Positions 1 through 7,961 of a stretch of DNA of 47,887 nucleotides are shown here, piece by piece. Below the pieces are notes generated by a model. The model ran no database searches. It was not told the DNA's origin and was given only the letters and a program-made list of their open reading frames with translations. Position 1 is the first letter of the stretch, and every line of letters begins with the position of its first letter. This DNA comes from Candidatus Adlerbacteria bacterium. GTDB taxonomy: Bacteria > Patescibacteriota > Minisyncoccia > Phycocordibacterales > SBAW01. The translations under genes were made by a program, and so were the position numbers. The stretch is taken from assembly GCA_903824155.1 (NCBI GenBank), contig CAIJVL010000035.1, positions 1 through 47,887 on the forward strand, written 5' to 3'.

Positions 1-78
1 AACCGCACACAGGCCTTTGTTATGAGCCCTAAGGTGTCTCAGCGTTTTATCAAGACCGCCTCAAAGTCGAAGAATTAA
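1..78 (+). CDS. rpmI: 50S ribosomal protein L35, C-terminal fragment (gene runs off the 5' edge)
   Basis: Frame 1 reads ...NRTQAFVMSPKVSQRFIKTASKSKN, then TAA at 76-78. The basic tail and the position 11 nt upstream of rplT fit the rpmI-rplT pair. Confidence 0.5.
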   Translation, partial: NRTQAFVMSPKVSQRFIKTASKSKN

Positions 79-89
79 TCAACAAATAT

Positions 90-458
90 ATGGCACGCGT
101 AAAAGGAGGAGTAAATTCAGCAAAGAAGCGCCGCGGCATTTTGGCCATGACCAAAGGTTACCGCTTTGGCCGCAGCACCAAGGTTAAGCAGGCTAAGGAA
201 GCTATCTTCCATGCCGGCAAGTACGCATTTGCGCACCGCCGCGACAAGAAGAACGACTACCGCAAGCTGTGGAACGTCCGCATCAACGCCGGCCTCGACA
301 CTTTGGGTACCGTCACCAAAGAGGGCAAGCCGCTTTCGTACAGCCGCTTTATCGGCGCGCTTAACAAAGCAGAGATCAAAATAAACCGCAAAATGCTCTC
401 TGCGTTGGCCGAGCACTCCCCCAAAACCCTCGAGCGCATAGTCGCCAAGGTCTCCTAA
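90..458 (+). CDS. rplT: 50S ribosomal protein L20
   Basis: The 122-aa ORF MARVKGGVNSAKKRRGILAMTKGYRFGRS... is recognisably L20. It is followed by a hairpin terminator. Confidence 0.95.
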   Translation: MARVKGGVNSAKKRRGILAMTKGYRFGRSTKVKQAKEAIFHAGKYAFAHRRDKKNDYRKLWNVRINAGLDTLGTVTKEGKPLSYSRFIGALNKAEIKINRKMLSALAEHSPKTLERIVAKVS

Positions 459-472
459 GAAAGCTAAATAAC

Positions 473-501
473 AAAATCCCCGCCACTAGGCGGGGATTTT
501 G
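473..501. terminator. Bidirectional rho-independent terminator between convergent rplT and the SLOG-like gene
   Basis: Stem ATCCCCGCC/GGCGGGGAT is flanked by an A run and a T run. Confidence 0.75.
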
Positions 502-1143
502 TTATGCGTTGTCGGTGTTTTGGAAGCGGAAGGATGCTCTATTGATTTTGTCTACTTTTACCAAATCGATTATTTCCCCCACCAAGTTTTTGGGGTCGGC
601 GTTAAAGCGTATCTTGTCGTTTTGCCGATGGCCGTTGGTTAAGATGCCTTTTATCTCCTCGGCGGTGGGCCAGTTGCCCTCGTAAATGCCCATCGGCTTG
701 TTGTCCTCAAAAGCAATGGTGAATTCGTGTATCGTGCCGATGCGCCCGCAGCCAAAAAACATGCCGTCTACCGAGCGAGTAAAGATAAGGTCGCGGCCGG
801 GGTACCCAAAGCCGGTGTACACAATAATGTCGTGATACTCGATGGGCAGATTATATTGCTCGACATGTTCTTTCTCACTTGAGGCGGGCGAAAATCCCAC
901 TACAAATCCGCCCGCCTCTTTGGCGCCCATCGCCGCCCACAGCGGGAAGCCGGTCGTAGCGCCGGTGATAAGCATTGCGCCTTGGCGCGCAATTTCGCGC
1001 CCCAGTTCCATGCCTTTGTCGTAGGCATCAATGCCGCAGTGCCCTGTTTCGGCTGCGCCGGAGACGCCCAGCTTTATCTGCAAATGCTCGTTTTTGGGAT
1101 TGATAGTGGTGGTGCTTTTCTCTGGGAGTATTTCCATTTCCAT
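502..1143 (-). CDS. TIGR00725/LOG-like (SLOG Rossmann fold) protein
   Basis: ORF track 502..1197, trimmed to ATG 1143 (MEMEIL...) because the upstream part overlaps the preceding gene. Motifs GVSGAAETGHCG, LITGATTG and GYPGRDLIFTRS resemble the TIGR00725/lysine-decarboxylase-like family. Confidence 0.65.
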   Translation of the reverse strand: MEMEILPEKSTTTINPKNEHLQIKLGVSGAAETGHCGIDAYDKGMELGREIARQGAMLITGATTGFPLWAAMGAKEAGGFVVGFSPASSEKEHVEQYNLPIEYHDIIVYTGFGYPGRDLIFTRSVDGMFFGCGRIGTIHEFTIAFEDNKPMGIYEGNWPTAEEIKGILTNGHRQNDKIRFNADPKNLVGEIIDLVKVDKINRASFRFQNTDNA

Positions 1144-1150
1144 AGATTTA

Positions 1151-2512
1151 TTATAGCTCGATTGTCGCGCTCTCTCCCGCTTCGGGCGCAATAGCATTGA
1201 GCCCCAGATAGTCGCGCAAACGTTGCACCAATGTTGACGATGCAGCAGGCTCTCCCATCACAACAAACACTTTTTTTACCGACGTCTGGATTTTATTTAC
1301 AAACTCAACCAGCTGCTCGGCATCCATATGTGCCGAGTAGCCGTATATCTGTTCTATTTTGGCACGCACCGGCACTTTTTTGCCGTAGAGTTCTATCTCG
1401 CTTGCGCCTTCAATCAAGCGTCGGCCAATGGTGCCTGCAGCCTGGTAGCCCACCACCAAGAGAGTGGTCTTGGTGTCGGGCAGCATAAACTCCTCGTGAG
1501 CCAACACCCTGCCGCCCTGCGCCATGCCACTGCCTGCCAAAATAATTTTAGGATTAGGTGCTGTGGTCAAGCCGTGCGACTCGTTGACATTGCCTATAAA
1601 GTGCAGCTGGGGGAAAGAGAAAATCTTTTCTCCCTTCTCAACACGCTCGCGCAAGGCAGGCGCAAAATACTCGGGATGCGCAGTGTAGGCAGCCGTGATC
1701 TTTTCGGCCAGCGGCGAGTCTACATACACCTCCATGCTCGGGATCTTTTTTTCGGTCATGAGCGTGCGGATTTCGTACAAAAGGTCCTGCGTGCGCTCGG
1801 TCGAGAATGCAGGGATAAGCAGTGCGCCGCCGCGCTTGGCGGCCTCCTCTATCACATTTTCGAGCCGCTCGCGGCGGTCCGCATCGGTGCGTGTGCGGTC
1901 CCCATACACGCTCTCCATCACCAAATAATCGACGCCGGTCGGCTCTTCGCAACGCGGCAAAAGCGGCGAGTTTCCGCTGCCGAGGTCTCCGGTAAAGGCG
2001 ATCGATTTTCCTCCCCTGCTAAATTTTGCGATGGCCGAGCCCAGGATATGCCCGGAGTTTAAAAGCTCAAGCATAACGCTGCCAAGCTTCAGCGGCTCGT
2101 GATAGTTGAGCCCTTTCCACAATTTAAAAGCCGCATCAATATCCTTTTCTTCATATAAGGGCGGTTGCGTTGGGTTTTTATGATTCTCATGCATCATAAG
2201 CATGAGCTCGTCGCGTAAAAGCGGCTCAGTTAGTACGCGCGTACCCTCGGTCGAGTAGATAGTGCCCTTAAAGCCCGCCTTGACCAGCTTGGGGATGCGG
2301 CCGATATGGTCGAGGTGTGCGTGCGTTACTACAAGGTAGTCTACGTCGGCTGGGTTGTATGCAAACGCGGCAGTATTTAAGCCGGTCGCCTCGTCGGTGC
2401 CCTGGTTAAGGCCGCAGTCGATTAAAATCTTTTCAGTACCAGTGTCGAGCAAAAAATTAGAGCCCGTTACCGAGCCCGCTCCTCCGTAAAAAACTATTTT
2501 TGATTGTTGCAT
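1151..2512 (-). CDS. MBL-fold beta-CASP ribonuclease (CPSF/RNase J-like)
   Basis: ORF track 1151..2611, trimmed to ATG 2512 (MQQSKIVFYGGAGSVTGSN). It has the HxHxDH motif VVTHAHLDHIGR and a beta-CASP-type C-terminal half (YGYSAHMD). Confidence 0.8.
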   Translation of the reverse strand: MQQSKIVFYGGAGSVTGSNFLLDTGTEKILIDCGLNQGTDEATGLNTAAFAYNPADVDYLVVTHAHLDHIGRIPKLVKAGFKGTIYSTEGTRVLTEPLLRDELMLMMHENHKNPTQPPLYEEKDIDAAFKLWKGLNYHEPLKLGSVMLELLNSGHILGSAIAKFSRGGKSIAFTGDLGSGNSPLLPRCEEPTGVDYLVMESVYGDRTRTDADRRERLENVIEEAAKRGGALLIPAFSTERTQDLLYEIRTLMTEKKIPSMEVYVDSPLAEKITAAYTAHPEYFAPALRERVEKGEKIFSFPQLHFIGNVNESHGLTTAPNPKIILAGSGMAQGGRVLAHEEFMLPDTKTTLLVVGYQAAGTIGRRLIEGASEIELYGKKVPVRAKIEQIYGYSAHMDAEQLVEFVNKIQTSVKKVFVVMGEPAASSTLVQRLRDYLGLNAIAPEAGESATIEL

Positions 2513-2568
2513 TTGTCTTAAAGGCGATTCCTTAGCTTTGGAAGGTGTCGCCTTAGGTCTATTGTAGC

Positions 2569-2596
2569 AAAAATCCCACCAATAGGTGGGATTTTT
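2569..2596 (-). terminator. Rho-independent terminator immediately 3' of the structured RNA candidate
   Basis: The minus strand reads AAAAAUCCCACC-UAUU-GGUGGGAUUUUU. It lies 55 nt upstream of the beta-CASP ATG. Confidence 0.75.
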
Positions 2597-2599
2597 ATT

Positions 2600-2727
2600 A
2601 GGACGTCGCAAGCAAGTGTCTCCCTGTGATAGGTGGGTGTCCTATCGACACCTATAAGCTAGGCTTATGAGATGTCCGCCTTCAGACTCCCGATGAAACA
2701 CTTAAGGACATTTGCCTGCGCCGTCCT
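2600..2727 (-). ncRNA. Candidate structured RNA (~128 nt), class unknown: either a stand-alone sRNA or a cis leader of the beta-CASP RNase gene
   Basis: A 16-position closing helix pairs 2600-2615 with 2712-2727 (14 Watson-Crick pairs, 1 G-U, 1 mismatch). A second helix AAGUGUUUC/GAGACACUU has one G-U. The G-U pairs work only on the minus strand. Internal hairpins are GGUGUC-GAUAG-GACACC and AAGC-CUA-GCUU. The region is bounded by a promoter-like site and a terminator. Confidence 0.45.
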
Positions 2728-2733
2728 ACTGTA

Positions 2734-2760
2734 AGTATATCAAATGCTCAAAAAGCGCAA
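2734..2760 (-). promoter_or_regulatory. Sigma70-like promoter for the structured RNA
   Basis: The minus strand reads TTGCGC-15 nt-TATACT. The predicted +1 falls at about 2727, the first base of the closing helix. The spacer is short at 15 nt. Confidence 0.35.
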
Positions 2761-2770
2761 CTCGATGGTG

Positions 2771-2807
2771 AAAAAAGAAAAATGCCGTCGAGTTTCCTCG
2801 ACGGCAT
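2771..2807 (-). terminator. Rho-independent terminator after the small membrane-protein operon
   Basis: Stem ATGCCGTCGAG/CTCGACGGCAT is followed by a U run on the minus strand. Confidence 0.75.
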
Positions 2808-2815
2808 ATTATAAT

Positions 2816-3055
2816 TCATGGCCGAAACGTTCGCCAACCTCCTGCAAACAAGAGCAATCCTCCCATGATGACAAGTGCTGCACCTGTAATTGCGAGACTG
2901 AGATGGCTTGCCGGCGAAGTGGCAATAGCAACTTTATACAAGATGCCGGAGCCGGCACCTACGCTGACAGCAAATCCCATAGTAAGAAATGGGTCTGTTT
3001 TCTTTGTTAAAAGAACTCTTCTGTGTGGACTTCTTTGTACTTCATCGTGCGACAT
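2816..3055 (-). CDS. Hypothetical small membrane protein (79 aa, two hydrophobic segments)
   Basis: ORF track 2816..3061, restarted at ATG 3055, which sits 5 nt after a perfect SD (AAGGAGG). A terminator lies downstream. Confidence 0.45.
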   Translation of the reverse strand: MSHDEVQRSPHRRVLLTKKTDPFLTMGFAVSVGAGSGILYKVAIATSPASHLSLAITGAALVIMGGLLLFAGGWRTFRP

Positions 3056-3065
3056 TGACACCTCC

Positions 3066-3149
3066 TTATAACACCAAATAGCTGAGGAGTAAGAACGTCC
3101 ATATGAGCGTCGCTATTGCTCCGTACATATTCTGTTCTTCGTTGCGCAC
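3066..3149 (-). CDS. Putative 27-aa hydrophobic peptide (MRNEEQNMYGAIATLIWTFLLLSYLVL)
   Basis: It is not in the ORF track because it is shorter than 60 aa. The GTG start is 6 nt after AAAGGAG. Its TAA stop overlaps the SD of the next ORF (TAAGGAGG), which suggests coupling. Confidence 0.25.
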   Translation of the reverse strand: MRNEEQNMYGAIATLIWTFLLLSYLVL

Positions 3150-3200
3150 TTTCAGCTCCTTTAGAAGTTCTAAGCCGAAATATATTCTATAGTATTTTTC

Positions 3201-3785
3201 CTATTCGTCAATACCGAAGCGTTTGTATTTGTAGATTCCCTTTTTGCCGAACCAGTGTTTGATTTCGTGCGCTGCTTCCTCGGGAGTCTCTGACGCGTGG
3301 ATGAGATTGTAGATAGCGCGCTTTTCGATGTTGGCTGATATTGCCGAGTCTGCCGAGAAGTCGCCGCGGATAGTGCCCATATCTGCCGAGTACGGCATAG
3401 TGGCGCCGACAATCTTGCGGACCATGTCTACCGAGTGCACGCCTTGCACTACCATTTTAACCAATGGGGCTGACACCATGTAGTCGATAAGCCAGCTGCG
3501 CACTACCTTGCCCACTTTTTTAAGGTCGGTCGTGCCGAAATCGCGCTTGAGGTCGTGGCCGTACTTTGCGTACGTGCCGGACGTGCGCTCGCCAAGGCGG
3601 TTGATCCATGCATCGCTCTTGGGGTAATGATTATCCATTTCCTTGTAGGTGGGCTGGAACATTTCGAGCGCAACAATCTTAAGATCGCGCTGCTCCATGC
3701 GCTTGATGATCTCGCCGATGAGACCCTTGCGGACGCCGTCGGGCTTTATCATTACATATGTAAGCTCTTCCTTCGGGTGTTTCAT
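3201..3785 (-). CDS. ndk: Nucleoside diphosphate kinase with a ~45-aa internal insertion
   Basis: Motifs MIKPDGV...GLIGEII and the active-site NLIHASE are present. ATG 3785 is preferred over the GTG at 3794 used by the ORF track. Confidence 0.85.
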   Translation of the reverse strand: MKHPKEELTYVMIKPDGVRKGLIGEIIKRMEQRDLKIVALEMFQPTYKEMDNHYPKSDAWINRLGERTSGTYAKYGHDLKRDFGTTDLKKVGKVVRSWLIDYMVSAPLVKMVVQGVHSVDMVRKIVGATMPYSADMGTIRGDFSADSAISANIEKRAIYNLIHASETPEEAAHEIKHWFGKKGIYKYKRFGIDE

Positions 3786-3831
3786 GCTTTGCACTTTACC
3801 ACGGAAGCCTTATATTGCAACCTTTTTTGGG

Positions 3832-4593
3832 CTATGCCGTGAGCACCTCGCAGCCGCCCTGGGTTATTAAAATAGTATGCTCGGTTTCGGCGCTGCGCGA
3901 GCCGTCGGCAGTGCGGTACGTCCATTGGTCGCTTTCAAGTTCAATATCCCCCTTCCCTTCGGTAAAAATAGGCTCGACTGCAATCACCATACCCTGTGGC
4001 AAAACCTCGCCTTTGCCCGCAGTGCCCACGTTACCAATGTACGGCTTTTCGTGGGGCACAAGCCCAAGCGCGTGCCCACCCAAGTCCTCTACCACGGCAA
4101 AATTATATTTTTTGGCAACTGCTTGTATGGCGGCGCCAATGTCTCCCACGCGCACGCCCGGCTTTATTATTTTTATTGCTGCCTTGAGCGCCTCTTTGGT
4201 AGCCTCTACCAATTTTTTACCCGAAGCATCTCCCTCGCCAGCAAACACCGTAATAGCCGCGTCGCTAAAGTAACCGTTGTAACTTACGCCCAAGTCCAGC
4301 ATGACCATGTCGCCCTCCTCTAGCACCCGGCGCTCGCTGGGGATGCCATGCACTACCTCATCGTTGATAGACACGCACAGCGATGCCGGGAACGGGTACG
4401 CCGAGCCGTCTTGTTTATAGTTTAAAAAGGCCGGCTCGCCGCCCAGGTCGCGTATATATTTTTCGGCAGCCAAGTCAAGAGCCGCAGTGGTTACACCGGG
4501 CTTTACCATGCTTGCGACATGACGCAATGCACCGGCCAATATTTTGCCGGCTTTGCGCAAATTCTCTATTTCTTCGGTAGTAGATACGATCAT
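3832..4593 (-). CDS. map: Methionine aminopeptidase type I
   Basis: The sequence is MetAP-like throughout (EEIENLRKAGKI..., DMVMLDLG, GHALG, EPIFT). The start was moved to ATG 4593 (MIVSTTEEI), 4 nt after the adk stop. The ORF-track start 4617 would overlap adk. Confidence 0.92.
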   Translation of the reverse strand: MIVSTTEEIENLRKAGKILAGALRHVASMVKPGVTTAALDLAAEKYIRDLGGEPAFLNYKQDGSAYPFPASLCVSINDEVVHGIPSERRVLEEGDMVMLDLGVSYNGYFSDAAITVFAGEGDASGKKLVEATKEALKAAIKIIKPGVRVGDIGAAIQAVAKKYNFAVVEDLGGHALGLVPHEKPYIGNVGTAGKGEVLPQGMVIAVEPIFTEGKGDIELESDQWTYRTADGSRSAETEHTILITQGGCEVLTA

Positions 4594-4597
4594 AGGA

Positions 4598-5185
4598 TTA
4601 TTGGAGATTGAGGGCACGTAGCACGTCTATGTGCACTTGCTCGATTGCTTGGTTGCCGTTGACTACCACCAGCGTACCTTCGCTTTTAAAATAGTCTATC
4701 GACTTGATAGTGAGTTCGTTAAATTTATCGAAGCGCTCTTGGAGCGCCGCCGCGTTGTCGTCGGCACGGCCCTCAAGGCCGGCGCGCTTAAGTAAACGCT
4801 CGCGCAAAGCATCCTCAGGCGCGTCTAAATACACGGCAACGTATGCACGATTCAGCCATACGGCCGCTTCGTGAAAGCGCATCGCCTCTTCCAGAATCCG
4901 GCACGAGCCTTCAAACACAATAGTATCTGCCGGTTCGAGCTTTATAAGTGCCTCTTCAAACAAATACTGTGACACCCAAATGGGCATCAAGTCGCCGCGT
5001 TCCATCACCTCTTTGGTGCGCTTGCCAAAATAGCTGCCGCCTGCGGCCATCTCGCGCAAGCGGTTGCCGGAAGAGTACACGGCGCCACCAACCTTTTCGG
5101 CAAGCATTTTAGCTTGTGTCCCCTTCCCGCTTCCGGGCCGCCCCATCATTAAAAAGGTTTGCACTTTATTTCCTGTGTCGCTCAT
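4598..5185 (-). CDS. adk: Adenylate kinase
   Basis: It has the P-loop GRPGSGKGTQ and adk-like length after trimming to ATG 5185 (MSDTGNK...). It sits in the secY-adk-map synteny. Confidence 0.9.
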   Translation of the reverse strand: MSDTGNKVQTFLMMGRPGSGKGTQAKMLAEKVGGAVYSSGNRLREMAAGGSYFGKRTKEVMERGDLMPIWVSQYLFEEALIKLEPADTIVFEGSCRILEEAMRFHEAAVWLNRAYVAVYLDAPEDALRERLLKRAGLEGRADDNAAALQERFDKFNELTIKSIDYFKSEGTLVVVNGNQAIEQVHIDVLRALNLQ

Positions 5186-5218
5186 TGCAAGCAACAATAG
5201 CACAAAACAGTACATTTG

Positions 5219-5416
5219 TTACTCGCCTTCGTGGTCATGAGCGGTATCCTCGGTGCTGTCGAGTGTCCAGCTCTCTTTATCATGGCGAGGCTTGATGATG
5301 TCTTCGACATCCGAGTCATCCTCTTCATATGACTCTGTTTTTGGACGGCGGTCAAACAGCGCCCACATCACCCAGATAGCCACGATGACCAGTATGCCTC
5401 CCCACAAAAAATCCAT
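5219..5416 (-). CDS. Hypothetical small protein (N-terminal TM helix, acidic tail)
   Basis: ORF track 5219..5452. The first 12 codons lie inside the secY terminator hairpin, so the call was trimmed to ATG 5416 (MDFLWGGILVIVAIWVMW...). Confidence 0.35.
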   Translation of the reverse strand: MDFLWGGILVIVAIWVMWALFDRRPKTESYEEDDSDVEDIIKPRHDKESWTLDSTEDTAHDHEGE

Positions 5417-5434
5417 ACCCCCAACATACCATAT

Positions 5435-5466
5435 AAAAAGCCCCCGCCGCATGCGGGGGGCTTTTT
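5435..5466 (-). terminator. Rho-independent terminator after secY
   Basis: The sequence AAAAAGCCCCCGC...GCGGGGGGCTTTTT forms a GC-rich stem with a U run. Confidence 0.75.
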
Positions 5467-5482
5467 ACTTATTTCTAGAATG

Positions 5483-6754
5483 TTAGTACTCGCGGATGGA
5501 GATCTGCGCGTCGACGCGGCGGGCTAGGTCAAGGATTACGGAGACGACGATCAACAAAGCGGTACCGCCAAGCGCCAAGCTTTGGATATTAGTCAGTGAC
5601 TGCACGATGATAGGCATGACCGCAATAAGACCAAGGAAGAGTGCGCCTACCAGCGTAATGCGGGTGATAACTTTGGCCAAATATTCCTCGGTAGGCATCC
5701 CGGGGCGTACGCCGGGGATAAACGCGCCGTTCTTTTGCAAGTTCTCGGCGATAGCGTGCGGATCAAACGTAACTGCGGTGTAAAAGTAGGTAAAGAGTAC
5801 GACGAGTACAAAGTAGACGCTGCCGTAAAAGCCCAAGTTTTGGAGCCACGAAAGGATAAAGCTCGAGGTTGCGGCAAGCCAATGATGTGTTGACGCTTGG
5901 AAGAAGGTTGCAAACATCTGCGGCAGAAGCAGGAACGAAAGCGCAAAGATGATCGGGATAACGCCTGCCTGGTTAAGGCGCAGCGGCAAGTACGTAGACT
6001 GCCCGCCATAGACCTTCATGCCGCGGATGCGCTTGGCGTAGGTAACCGGCACCGGGCGCTCGGCCTCGGTAACCACCACCACTGCCGCAACAACCGCCAC
6101 GGCCGCAACGATAAAGCCGATGTATACCGGCAGCTGCGTCGTGTCGAACGAAAAGAGGAGCTGGCTTACCGTGCGGGGCAAGCGCGCAACGATGCCGGCA
6201 AAGATAAGCAAAGAAACGCCGTTGCCAAGACCGAACTCAGATATAAGCTCGCCGAGCCACATTAGGAGTATTGAGCCTGCGGTAACTACAAGCACGTTTA
6301 CGCCAAACTGGAAGGGAGAGAGGGTCGGCAAGACTGCCTCGCGCTGGAGCAAGAGCAGGAAGCCGATGCCTTGCACCACGGCGATAGGCAACGTAATAAG
6401 GCGCGAGTACTGGCTAAACCGCTGGCGGCCCGCCTCACCCTCTTCCTGGTAGAGCTGCTTGAGGCGCGGCACCATAATGGTAAGAAGCTGCATGATGATG
6501 CTCGAAGTGATGTACGGGCCAACACCCAGCAATACTATGGAAAGGTTTGAAAGCCCGCCGCCTGAAAAGAGGTTAAGCAGGCCAAAGAATTGGTTGTTAT
6601 TAAAAAATTGCTGGAGCTGCGCTGCGTTGATGCCCGGGATCGGTATCGCCGCTAAAAGGCGGAAGATAGCGAGTACCGAGAGCACAAACAAAAGGCGCGA
6701 GCGCAACTGCGCGTCTTTCATCAAAAGCGCGAATTTTTGGAAAAAAGTATTCAT
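5483..6754 (-). CDS. secY: Preprotein translocase subunit SecY
   Basis: This 423-aa multi-pass membrane protein has a typical SecY sequence. It lies after rplO as in spc operons. Confidence 0.97.
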   Translation of the reverse strand: MNTFFQKFALLMKDAQLRSRLLFVLSVLAIFRLLAAIPIPGINAAQLQQFFNNNQFFGLLNLFSGGGLSNLSIVLLGVGPYITSSIIMQLLTIMVPRLKQLYQEEGEAGRQRFSQYSRLITLPIAVVQGIGFLLLLQREAVLPTLSPFQFGVNVLVVTAGSILLMWLGELISEFGLGNGVSLLIFAGIVARLPRTVSQLLFSFDTTQLPVYIGFIVAAVAVVAAVVVVTEAERPVPVTYAKRIRGMKVYGGQSTYLPLRLNQAGVIPIIFALSFLLLPQMFATFFQASTHHWLAATSSFILSWLQNLGFYGSVYFVLVVLFTYFYTAVTFDPHAIAENLQKNGAFIPGVRPGMPTEEYLAKVITRITLVGALFLGLIAVMPIIVQSLTNIQSLALGGTALLIVVSVILDLARRVDAQISIREY

Positions 6755-6767
6755 ATCCGTCTAAGAA

Positions 6768-7283
6768 TTACTCTGCTTTAGCTTTTTGCTTTGCCGCCTT
6801 TTCCTTCGGCATCCTTATCTTCGAAACCTTTTCCTCAAGAGCCGCAACTGACCCGCCTGCTGCCTCGATTTTTGATTTAGCCGACGCGGAAACGCTGCAG
6901 CCGCTCACCGCAAACTTTTTAGTTACGTCGCCGTCGCCTAGTATCTTGATGACCGGATTCTTAATGCCTTTGCGGGTGCGCACCAAACCCTGCTCGACGA
7001 GCGTCTTTGCATTTATGGTTGCGCCTGAAGAAAATGCCTTGTCGAGAGATGCCAAGTTAACGACATGCGGCTTGTTTTGGATGCTGATAAGTCCGCCTAC
7101 GCCGCGACCACGGAGCTTCGGGAGCTTTTTGAGCTGCTCGCGGATAGCAGGCATGATGCTGTGGCCGGCGCGCGCCTTCTGGCCCTTGGTGCCGCGACCC
7201 GAGGTCTTGCCGCGTCCGCCACCGCGCCCTACGCGCTTGGGCTTTTTATTTTCAGTTTTGCGTTTTAGTTCGTGAAGCTGCAT
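6768..7283 (-). CDS. rplO: 50S ribosomal protein L15 (Lys/Ala-rich C-terminal extension)
   Basis: It contains KRVGRGGGRGKTSGRGTKGQKAR. It lies directly after rpsE with only a 5-bp gap. Confidence 0.92.
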   Translation of the reverse strand: MQLHELKRKTENKKPKRVGRGGGRGKTSGRGTKGQKARAGHSIMPAIREQLKKLPKLRGRGVGGLISIQNKPHVVNLASLDKAFSSGATINAKTLVEQGLVRTRKGIKNPVIKILGDGDVTKKFAVSGCSVSASAKSKIEAAGGSVAALEEKVSKIRMPKEKAAKQKAKAE

Positions 7284-7288
7284 AAAAA

Positions 7289-7954
7289 TTAGTTGAGTTT
7301 CTTAAGGGCCTCGATAGCGGCGCGTGCGTTGTTAAGACCGTTTTTTGAACCCGAGTGGAGCTTGGCAACAATGTCAGTAATGCCGGCGAGCTCGAGTACC
7401 GGGCGTACCGATGAACCGGCAACCAAACCGCGGCCGCGTGCCGGCATGAGCAATACGACCGATGCGCAGTACTTAGCCTCTGTGTCGTAGGGAATGGAGT
7501 TATTTTTAGTGAGCGGCACGGTGATCATGTTTTTCTTGGCGTTGCGGACAGCCTTGTCGATTGCCAAAGTGGTATCGCCCGCCTTGCCCAAACCTACGCC
7601 TACTTTGCCCTTTTTGTTGCCGATGATTATGGCAACCGAGAAAGAGAAGCGGCGGCCGCCGGCAACCACGCGGGCTACGCGGCGGATGTTGATCATGCGC
7701 TGGTCATACTCGCTTTTGCGCTCGGGGCGGCGCGAGTTAGAGCGGTTGCCGCCCGGGCGGCCTCCAGCCCCGCCGCGGCCGCCTGCGCCCCCATGACCAC
7801 CAGAGCGGCGGTCAAGCGGGCGTCCGGCGCGGCGTGCCGCATCGGCAAAAGGCGTTGCTGCAGCCGGTGCCGCTGCAGTTGAGACAGCTTCAACAACCTC
7901 CGGTACTACCGGTGTCTCTTCAACTACTACATCTATATTTTCGTTATCAGCCAT
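7289..7954 (-). CDS. rpsE: 30S ribosomal protein S5 (long N-terminal extension with a Gly/Arg-rich tract)
   Basis: The core RVARVVAGGRRFSFSVAIIIGNKKGKVGVGLGKA is S5-like. Confidence 0.93.
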   Translation of the reverse strand: MADNENIDVVVEETPVVPEVVEAVSTAAAPAAATPFADAARRAGRPLDRRSGGHGGAGGRGGAGGRPGGNRSNSRRPERKSEYDQRMINIRRVARVVAGGRRFSFSVAIIIGNKKGKVGVGLGKAGDTTLAIDKAVRNAKKNMITVPLTKNNSIPYDTEAKYCASVVLLMPARGRGLVAGSSVRPVLELAGITDIVAKLHSGSKNGLNNARAAIEALKKLN

Positions 7955-7961
7955 ATATTAT

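Noticed and set aside
2600-2727. Naming the structured RNA as SRP (4.5S) RNA, 6S RNA or a known riboswitch.
   Set aside because: The GUC-UGAA-GGC hairpin only superficially resembles the SRP domain IV tetraloop, and the flanking conserved loop sequences (AGCA/GGAA context) are absent. The length is too short for 6S. No riboswitch consensus I know fits. I left it unclassified.
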